From the NCBI GenBank assembly GCA_965225855.1, contig CBDDCK010000005.1, forward strand, positions 672,001 to 736,000: 64,000 nt of DNA, in the 5' to 3' direction. Origin of the DNA: Spirochaetia bacterium. GTDB taxonomy: Bacteria > Spirochaetota > Spirochaetia > SP-2023. Positions 1 to 8,900 of this stretch are shown here, in pieces. The translations under genes were made by a program, and so were the position numbers. The notes under the pieces are model-generated. The model was not told where the DNA came from and ran no database searches. It worked only from the letters and a program-made list of their open reading frames with translations. Within the stretch, counting starts at the first letter, position 1; each line of letters begins with the position of its first letter.

Positions 1-14
1 ATCTACACCAGTAG

Positions 15-3000
15 GTTGCAGTTGCATACCTTTTTTCATTTCGGTTTAATGCGAGAGCCAGCACGGGCGTTACGCTCAAGGTTGCAGTTGCATACCTTTT
101 TTCATTTCGGTTTAATTACCCCAACAGCGAGTATGAAGTTTCTGCGGTTGCAGTTGCATACCTTTTTTCATTTCGGTTTAATCTAAAGACTCTAGCTCTT
201 TCTCCTTTTGCAGTTGCAGTTGCATACCTTTTTTCATTTCGGTTTAATTACTCTTTAAGTAGATCGTTATCTATACCAGTTGCAGTTGCATACCTTTTTT
301 CATTTCGGTTTAATTGTAACAACCCCCGAATGTAGGCTTGGATAGTTGCAGTTGCATACCTTTTTTCATTTCGGTTTAATAAAAGTATCGCCCAAAACAG
401 GAGCAGTCACGTTGCAGTTGCATACCTTTTTTCATTTCGGTTTAATTGGCCGGTCAAAAGGTCAGTCTCAGCCTCAGTTGCAGTTGCATACCTTTTTTCA
501 TTTCGGTTTAATTAGCAAAGCTAAAGGTAATTGGCAAGGTGGGTTGCAGTTGCATACCTTTTTTCATTTCGGTTTAATAAATCCAGAAACTAGCAGGCCT
601 TTTAGTTGGTTGCAGTTGCATACCTTTTTTCATTTCGGTTTAATTCAAGGGCCATCGTAATGCGACGAATGCGGGTTGCAGTTGCATACCTTTTTTCATT
701 TCGGTTTAATATAATTACAAAAACCCCAATACAGAAGCAGGTTGCAGTTGCATACCTTTTTTCATTTCGGTTTAATTTGAGCACGGAGAAATTAGAAGAT
801 ACAAAGGTTGCAGTTGCATACCTTTTTTCATTTCGGTTTAATTCACTCCTTACCTTAAGCAATCCTTGATTGGTTGCAGTTGCATACCTTTTTTCATTTC
901 GGTTTAATAGCCACGTTATCATGGATCGCATAAAGTTTGTTGCAGTTGCATACCTTTTTTCATTTCGGTTTAATAAGGCTGCATGCGTATAACAAGATTG
1001 CACCGTTGCAGTTGCATACCTTTTTTCATTTCGGTTTAATCTTGTTAAGCTTTTTAAGCCTATTATAAGTGTTGCAGTTGCATACCTTTTTTCATTTCGG
1101 TTTAATTCTGTATTTCAGCAATACTAGGTTTCTATTGTTGCAGTTGCATACCTTTTTTCATTTCGGTTTAATATACCTGTGATGCCGTCTGTACATTAAA
1201 ACGTTGCAGTTGCATACCTTTTTTCATTTCGGTTTAATATATAAAAAAGCATCAATAGATTCACCCTCGTTGCAGTTGCATACCTTTTTTCATTTCGGTT
1301 TAATAAATTCCACAAGGTCAAAAATTATTTGCAAGTTGCAGTTGCATACCTTTTTTCATTTCGGTTTAATAAAAAAGAAAAATCCAGAAAGAACAGGACA
1401 GTTGCAGTTGCATACCTTTTTTCATTTCGGTTTAATTACAATTATTGGCAATAATAGAGATATGCTGTTGCAGTTGCATACCTTTTTTCATTTCGGTTTA
1501 ATCAAGGCTAGCGACTTCTGCAGCCAATTTGTGTTGCAGTTGCATACCTTTTTTCATTTCGGTTTAATTTGTTAGCACTTCTGCCGCTTCTGGTATTGGT
1601 TGCAGTTGCATACCTTTTTTCATTTCGGTTTAATTATTATAGGTAGATTTGCGCAAAGAGTCAAGTTGCAGTTGCATACCTTTTTTCATTTCGGTTTAAT
1701 TGTGAAAAATAGCTCCTACATTTTTTTTCTGTTGCAGTTGCATACCTTTTTTCATTTCGGTTTAATTCATGCATAAGACGAAGACCCCACTCGAAAGTTG
1801 CAGTTGCATACCTTTTTTCATTTCGGTTTAATCAACCTTCTGAGATTGACCGGTCAACAGATGTTGCAGTTGCATACCTTTTTTCATTTCGGTTTAATTA
1901 ATATAGCAATCCATTGCTAATATTTCTAGTTGCAGTTGCATACCTTTTTTCATTTCGGTTTAATTCCACATCGGGAGATTAAATCATGCAGATAGTTGCA
2001 GTTGCATACCTTTTTTCATTTCGGTTTAATAACGGTGCTTGTAACAACCTTCTTGGCGACGTTGCAGTTGCATACCTTTTTTCATTTCGGTTTAATTTGG
2101 CTATATATAAGTAGGTTTTGGGCACTGTTGCAGTTGCATACCTTTTTTCATTTCGGTTTAATAAAAGTATCGCCTAATACAGGAGCAGTCACGTTGCAGT
2201 TGCATACCTTTTTTCATTTCGGTTTAATTTGTTTAGTTTTTCAGTCTTCACTATTATAGTTGCAGTTGCATACCTTTTTTCATTTCGGTTTAATGAAAAG
2301 GCCACCAAAACCTTCACGTGTCAAGTTGCAGTTGCATACCTTTTTTCATTTCGGTTTAATAGAAATATACAGTGGAATCAAAAGAATTAGGTTGCAGTTG
2401 CATACCTTTTTTCATTTCGGTTTAATTTCGGCCTTACGAACCTTGTCAACCTGAGCGTTGCAGTTGCATACCTTTTTTCATTTCGGTTTAATCATATTAA
2501 GGTCGCCGTACTCACCACAACAGTTGCAGTTGCATACCTTTTTTCATTTCGGTTTAATTTTTTTGTATTGGTCGATTATCTTGGTACTGTTGCAGTTGCA
2601 TACCTTTTTTCATTTCGGTTTAATTATCCTGAGATCGTTGACCGTTATCATTGTGTTGCAGTTGCATACCTTTTTTCATTTCGGTTTAATCGTTTAGTGG
2701 CAAGATCAACATCTAAACCAGTTGCAGTTGCATACCTTTTTTCATTTCGGTTTAATACATTCCGCACACGGTCATAGTCAACCTGTGTTGCAGTTGCATA
2801 CCTTTTTTCATTTCGGTTTAATCATAGGCTTGTTTTTGTTCATAGCTTAGTTGTTGCAGTTGCATACCTTTTTTCATTTCGGTTTAATTACCATCGTTGT
2901 CACCTAAAGTAGAAACATGTTGCAGTTGCATACCTTTTTTCATTTCGGTTTAATTCAATTGTGTTTTTTTGCTTGTCAAAGGCTGTTGCAGTTGCATACC

Positions 3001-3944
3001 TTTTTTCATTTCGGTTTAATCAAAGAGTCAAGCGTTTTTTGATGATTTTCGTTGCAGTTGCATACCTTTTTTCATTTCGGTTTAATAGATTTCTGGTATT
3101 CAAAAACATTCTTTCTGTTGCAGTTGCATACCTTTTTTCATTTCGGTTTAATTTAGGATCAGAAGCAATAATGCGCCTAGCAGTTGCAGTTGCATACCTT
3201 TTTTCATTTCGGTTTAATATAGGCTGAAACCGTATAACAAGATTTGCAGTTGCAGTTGCATACCTTTTTTCATTTCGGTTTAATAAAAATCAAAGCTTAT
3301 TCAGCTTCTTTAACGTTGCAGTTGCATACCTTTTTTCATTTCGGTTTAATAGCCACATTGTCGTGGATCGCATATAGTTTGTTGCAGTTGCATACCTTTT
3401 TTCATTTCGGTTTAATAGCGCTAGTGCCGTCACGGCCACCAGTAATGTTGCAGTTGCATACCTTTTTTCATTTCGGTTTAATAATTGCCACAATCCATAA
3501 ACTGGCAAACAAGTTGCAGTTGCATACCTTTTTTCATTTCGGTTTAATATGCTGATGATCTCAATAAGTTTTTGTCCTGTTGCAGTTGCATACCTTTTTT
3601 CATTTCGGTTTAATAATTGCCACAATCCATAAACTGGCAAACAAGTTGCAGTTGCATACCTTTTTTCATTTCGGTTTAATTTTTTGCTATATAAGGTAGG
3701 TTTTGACACTGTTGCAGTTGCATACCTTTTTTCATTTCGGTTTAATGACCACTGCCAACGAATCGGCAGCAATTTGGTTGCAGTTGCATACCTTTTTTCA
3801 TTTCGGTTTAATAATCTAATCTACAACAGTAGAAATTTGAAGGTTGCAGTTGCATACCTTTTTTCATTTCGGTTTAATACCTTCTCACGAGACCTCTTCG
3901 TCTCTCTTGTTGCAGTTGCATACCTTTTTTCATTTCGGTTTAAT
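15..3944 (+). CRISPR. Type II-C CRISPR array: 60 copies of a 36-bp repeat GTTGCAGTTGCATACCTTTTTTCATTTCGGTTTAAT, 59 complete 30-bp spacers; truncated at window start
   Basis: Exact 66-bp period from 15 to 3909. Orientation (+) deduced from the + strand tracrRNA, whose anti-repeat is complementary to the + strand repeat. Confidence 0.99.
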
Positions 3945-4010
3945 AGTCCCCTAGCTAAGTAGTTGTTTTCACATTGCTTAGCTAGGTATGGGCTTGAGAA
4001 AAAATGCAAT
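3945..4010. promoter_or_regulatory. Array-flanking leader-like segment with inverted repeat CCTAGCTAAG..CTTAGCTAGG
   Basis: IR at 3950-3986 next to the last repeat; homologous copy at 4556-4591. Confidence 0.6.
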
Positions 4011-4240
4011 TCAACACAGTAAAAGGGCTTGTTCTCTGGCACTTTTTTTGCTGTTATCGCGTTTGTGCTGGCTGTAGCTGCTGATGTTCGCATATTGTAT
4101 ATCCGTTATCGTTATTATATCTACCTGTCCCCCCTTCGGGGGGAGAGAGTTTTTGATTCACTCTAATAATCGCTTGCGTTGTTTATTGCCGCCAGCAAAT
4201 TTATAGTATACAGAATATTGGGCCATAGTAAAGTCTTGTT
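4011..4240 (-). pseudogene. cas2: Truncated, diverged cas2 copy (3' two-thirds) with an in-frame TGA
   Basis: Translates EQDFTMAQYSVYYKFAGGNKQRKRLLE*IKNSLPPKGGQVDIITITDIQYANISSYSQHKRDNSKKSAREQALLLC; aligns to intact cas2 about 600 bp away; stop at 4158-4160. Confidence 0.9.
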
Positions 4241-4340
4241 CCGCCTTGCTATAATATATCTCTCCGCCTTGGATCAAGGCCTTGTTCCACCTTGCTATAA
4301 TATATCTTTCCGCCTTGGATCAAGGCCTTGATCCAAGGCG
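4235..4340. repeat. Two tandem 46-bp units followed by a partial third, forming a perfect 30-bp palindrome (4311-4340)
   Basis: Units 4235-4280 and 4281-4326 each contain TGCTATAAT; CGCCTTGGATCAAGGCCTTGATCCAAGGCG is self-complementary. Confidence 0.9.
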
Positions 4341-4512
4341 CTTGTTTTTAATTACATGCCTTTAAGCAAGTTAGTGATACCAAAAAACTGGTGGCGTCTT
4401 TGATTACGCCAAAGATGGGATACCCAGCCATGAAAAATAAACCCAAACGCCCACCCAGCGTATTGTAGAAAGCCGAAAGAGCTTAAATAAACAGGGCTTG
4501 CGGCCCATCTAA

Positions 4513-4549
4513 AAATAGCTTGCATACCTTTTCTTCATTTCACTTTAAT
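4513..4549 (+). repeat. Orphan degenerate CRISPR repeat
   Basis: TTGCATACCTTTTCTTCATTTCACTTTAAT matches the 3' ~29 nt of the repeat with a few changes; followed by a copy of the array flank. Confidence 0.85.
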
Positions 4550-4613
4550 TAGTGCCCTAGCTAAGTAATTTTTTCAGATTGCTTAGCTAGGCATGGGTTT
4601 GGGAAAAGGCCAT

Positions 4614-4949
4614 TCAAAACAGTAAAAGCGGTTGTTCTCTGGCACTTTTTTTGCTGTTATCGCGTTTGTGCTGGCTGTAGCTGATGATATTGGCATATTG
4701 TATATCCGTGATTGTAATTATATCTACTTGCCCCTTCTGGGGTAGGGCACTTTTGATTAACTCTAGTAGTCGCTTGCGCTGCTCGCTTCCGCCAGCAAAT
4801 TTATAGTATACAGAGTATTGGGCCATAGTAAAGCCTTGCTCTAATAGAAACTGGCGAAAGCGCGTGGCTTCTTTGCGTTCTTGTTGTTCCACTACTGGTA
4901 GGTCAAACATTAGATATAGCCACATCACTTTGTAAGGGTTAAGGCGCAT
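4614..4949 (-). CDS. cas2: CRISPR-associated endoribonuclease Cas2
   Basis: MWLYLMFDLPV..FRQFLLEQGFTMAQYSVY motif; downstream of cas1. Confidence 0.97.
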   Translation of the reverse strand: MRLNPYKVMWLYLMFDLPVVEQQERKEATRFRQFLLEQGFTMAQYSVYYKFAGGSEQRKRLLELIKSALPQKGQVDIITITDIQYANIISYSQHKRDNSKKSAREQPLLLF

Positions 4950-5905
4950 AGTTCTACTACATCAATAGCGGTTTGCTCATCTAAGGTGATTGGCTCTAGC
5001 TTTTGTTGCTTGCCCTCTAACACCATGCAAAAGTTTTGCACATAGCGCAGCTCTTGGCGCATTAGGTAGCTTTGTTCGTTGCTGTAATCTAGTTCTTGGC
5101 GTAGTAACTGACTAAGCGCTCGCTTACTTTCGCTATTCAGTTCACGATAACCCCAATGGTAGTATAGGTGGGTAACAAAGGCGTCTACCAACGGGCGTAG
5201 GGTTTCCATAAGGTCGCTAGCTAGGCAATAGGGGTTTTGGCTGTTGCAGTGCTGTATGCCAAACGCCCCCAGTAAACCGCAGCAATTGATGGCTCGTATC
5301 ACACAACCCAGCAAAATGGTATAGCCGTAGTTGAGTAAGCCATTGGGCGGCATTGGCCCCAAACGGCGGAAGTCATCGCCAAATAGCATAGGCCAATAGC
5401 GTTGGGCAGCTGTAGCTTCTAGCATCGTGCTGTCCCCGCTTTGTACCTTTTCGGCCATCGCCAGCAGTTCATTGGCTAAGGCTTGTTCTTCATTTGCTTC
5501 TAGGCAGTGGCGATTGTCCCAACCGAAGCTGGCAGCCATTTGCAATAGCCAGGCTTGGTTGCGTATTTTGTTTTGTACCACCCCTTGCCAGAGCCGTTTC
5601 TTTTTGGGCAACTTGGCCTCTACTTGTAGCCGTACCCGTTGTTGCAAACGGCTATGGCCGTCTAATGGCAGCATGGCTACCGAAGGTAAGTAGTCCGCAC
5701 CGCACAATAGCACAGGGATATTGCGCTTAGCCAATTGGTTTAGCAACGGTGTACTGACTGTGGATTGCGGACTATTCAGCAATAGCACGCCAATACGCTC
5801 TAGGTCTACAAGGTGCTTTTGGCCATTGCGCAGTAGTTCCAGATGGCCCCGCTTTTGGTGTAGGTAGCAGCCGCTGCTTTCTACTTCTATTACTTGTTCG
5901 TACAC
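4925..5905 (-). CDS. cas1: Type II CRISPR-associated endonuclease Cas1
   Basis: EATAAQRYW, NGLLNYGYTIL, GIQH..NPYCLASDLME motifs. Confidence 0.97.
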   Translation of the reverse strand: MYEQVIEVESSGCYLHQKRGHLELLRNGQKHLVDLERIGVLLLNSPQSTVSTPLLNQLAKRNIPVLLCGADYLPSVAMLPLDGHSRLQQRVRLQVEAKLPKKKRLWQGVVQNKIRNQAWLLQMAASFGWDNRHCLEANEEQALANELLAMAEKVQSGDSTMLEATAAQRYWPMLFGDDFRRLGPMPPNGLLNYGYTILLGCVIRAINCCGLLGAFGIQHCNSQNPYCLASDLMETLRPLVDAFVTHLYYHWGYRELNSESKRALSQLLRQELDYSNEQSYLMRQELRYVQNFCMVLEGKQQKLEPITLDEQTAIDVVELCALTLTK

Positions 5906-5914
5906 AGAGGCCTA

Positions 5915-8900
5915 CTACCTATGGCGAACCCAGCCGCCGGGGCTAATGTATACCGCTTGGCATTGCATCTCGTCTCCAAAGATTTTGCTGATCACTTTGT
6001 ATTTCTGGGGGCTATTGGCTTCAATTAGGGGCCGTATATCTAATTTATCGTTTGTAGCGGAATATCCTTTCACCAAGTAGTATTGGCCATCGGCCTTACT
6101 GTACAAAGTGTCATTCTTATAAAGCCTAGTAAGGTGTTCGGCAGAATCTGGTGCTGTTTGCTCCTGCTTGCGTTGGGCTTGGTAGTAGCTAGTGAAGGTT
6201 ACTTTGTATTCTGCCTTACTACCGTTTACAGTGCGCCATATATCGCAGTAAGCATAGCCATCGGGCATGTAGTATTGTGGGCTGCTGGTTTTTGGCTGTA
6301 CTAGGGTTTGGTCTTTGGGTATGTAGCGTACCTTCTTGATGCCATGCTTTGCCCCATAGTCTTTGATGAAACTTTCCCAAGAGAGCTTCTTATCACCATC
6401 ACTTTGTTGCGCTTGGTAGGCCTCTTTTAGCCTTGTGCGCAGGCCATCATCAACTGGGCCTTGATAGCCTTGTTCCAGTGGCTCACAGTCTTTCTCTGTT
6501 ATCCCGCTTAGTAGCTTGCTGTTGACAAAGTAGCCATGCCAATAACGCAGGCCTATCTTGGGGTGTTCTAGCGCAAAGGCTTTGTGGCCTTCGTTCCATA
6601 ATTTTCCCAATGGTCCTTTTTGTGTTCTTTGTAGTAGTGCTTGGGTCTCTTGCTCTAGCTGTAGCAACTGGCCCCGTTGGGGTTTTATGGTTGCTGCTAT
6701 CTGGCGTAGTTCGCTTATCGAGCCTTGCAGTTCTTGTTGTTTCTTGCAGTTTGCTTTTGTGTTCTGGGCTTGGGCCGGGTTTGTTTCGGGCCGAGTAGCA
6801 ATATAATCCAGCAGCCAATGGGCTTGCTCTGGCCGTACCAACAATGGTAAGTTTTCACGCAGTGTTTTGCCATCTATAGCGCTAATTGCTTTGTAGATTA
6901 AACCATTCGCCGTTTCTGCAAACATCGCACTGTTATGGCTATGATCCTGTTTGTGGGACACAATGATACTGCTTACCACCGTTTCTATTTGCTGGCGTAA
7001 ACCCTGTCGTTCCCCAGCCATGCGCTGCATGGCATAGCGTTGCCTCCGCTTAGCTGTTTTCAGTTCTTCAGCTTCTTTGCCCAATAACTGGTCTTGACTA
7101 AATGCAAAGTAGCCACTCAAGCGTTTGAGCAAACTGCGGTCAATCATCGCTACCACTATCGCATCTATCGCATGGTGGCGGTGGTCATTGCGGTTTTTCT
7201 TTTTATGTTTGGGGTTCTCGTTGAGCAGACTATTGAGATTCAGGTTGTCCCGCAGCATTTCCGTTATGTGGCCATTGCTAGCCCACACTTGCGGGCAAAT
7301 AGATTGTAGATACTGCATAGCCTTACGGGCAATATAGGCGTTATCGGTAGTTTGCCTAGCCAAGAAGTGGTCATCGCTTTCATACCGTTTCATCGCTTCC
7401 GCTGTAAAGTGTTCTTGCTTGTTCTTAGGTAGGTTTCCGGTAGCTTGTTTGATTCGTTGCCAACGTTCCGCATCGTGGCCAAAAGCCTCGTAAGGGCTAC
7501 GGTCTCCCTTTTGGCGGTTGCAGGCCGTGTGGCTTAGCGTTAGGTTTGCCATACCATTATCTAAGGTACGGCTAAAGGGCAAGATATGCTCTATCTCCAC
7601 TCGGTTGTCGGGGCTAAATAAATCACTCGCAGGGATTTTTACGCCACAGTAAGGGCACTTTGCCGTAGTGTTCTTTAGGGCTAGCTCTTCATATAATTGC
7701 AGCTTGCGGCGGTCGTCCCTGCTGGGGTAGTGAATATTGTAGTTTTCCCGCAATTCTTTGTTCCGCCGCTCGTTTTGCTTTTTGTTCTCATTTTGTAGCT
7801 TGCTGATCTCGGCCTTGGCTTTGCGGCTATTCTTTAGGTCGCGCCCCAATTCAACCACCACCTCATCGGGTAGGCCATAATGGCCTATTATATCATTGAC
7901 TACCTTACGCACTTGGTTTAAGGCCACATGCACGGTTGGGTTGCCAATACGGCCATACTTAGCTTCATCACTGTTTATCTCTAAACCGGGCTTATTCTTT
8001 TGCAGCTTTTTGAGTGGGTAACATGATTCTGGCATTGCAGCACCATAATAGGGTAAAGTCGGCAGCAGCTGGCTCTTCTTCTGTTTATCGACACGCAGTT
8101 TCTGTAAATGGGTTGCACCGCCATCATCGGGGTATTGTTCCAATAAATAGTGTAGTACCTCCCGTTGCAGGCAGGCACTTAGCTCTGTCGTACCTGTCGG
8201 AAGTTCATAGGCAAATAGTGCTTGGCATTGTTGTTCACTTAGCCCCAGTTCTCTAAATGGCTGTAGCAGTTTGTCTTGCTCGTTATCCTTGGCATAGGTA
8301 AACAGCATAACCTTTTCACAAAGGCTATCTTGTTCCTCTAAGTTCAGCTTATGCCAGTGTTCTTTTCCAAAAAACTCGGGCTTTTGCATCTCTACATTGA
8401 CTACAGCACCCTCTAACTCTTCTTTACGGTTCTTTTCTAAGTTAAAGGTAATATTTTCGCTCCAGCCGAACATTTTGCGTATAGCTTTGAAGGTCATGCT
8501 TTTGCAGTTACACAGCTTATTGTAGAGCTGCAAGCGTTCTTGATTGTTTAAACTTATCTGGCTACCATGTTCATCTATCATGCGTAAGTTCAGCACGTTT
8601 TGGGCAATACGCAGCCGTTCACTACTGGGCTGGCTTTTATAGGCTCGGTCTTCATCTTCGTAGTACCAGCATTTGCCCCGTTCTGGTTTCTGTAAAGGCC
8701 GTTGATAAAATAGAATCTGCTCTAGCGTATCCCAATTGATGTTCTCAAAAGCTGGGTACTGGCTTTGCTGCTGCCTAATCGCTCTAAACTCATCGCGATA
8801 CATTTGTCTGTTGGCATAGAAATCGCCTATATCGGCCTGGGTGTTTTGCTCTCCTGCGGCTGTTGTAGCTTTGTCATTGCGGAAGCGTACACTTTGTTTT

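Noticed and set aside
1..14. Partial first spacer resembles part of spacer 3813-3842 (13/14) and the end of 249-278
   Set aside because: Too short and truncated to distinguish from chance
1041..2984. Several spacers contain TATAAT or TTGACA, suggesting natural CRISPRi of host promoters
   Set aside because: Hexamers are common in AT-rich DNA, Cas9 active sites are intact, and I saw no self-match in this window (not exhaustively searched)
346..4093. Many ORFs with LQLHTFFHFGLI / VAVAYLFSFRFN / NRNEKRYATAT repeats
   Set aside because: Translations of the stop-free 66-bp CRISPR unit, not genes
4356..4468. Tiny ORFs (MPLSKLVIPKNWWRL; MKNKPKRPPSVL) as a CreT-like toxin
   Set aside because: No clear Shine-Dalgarno or tandem rare-codon signature; unsupported
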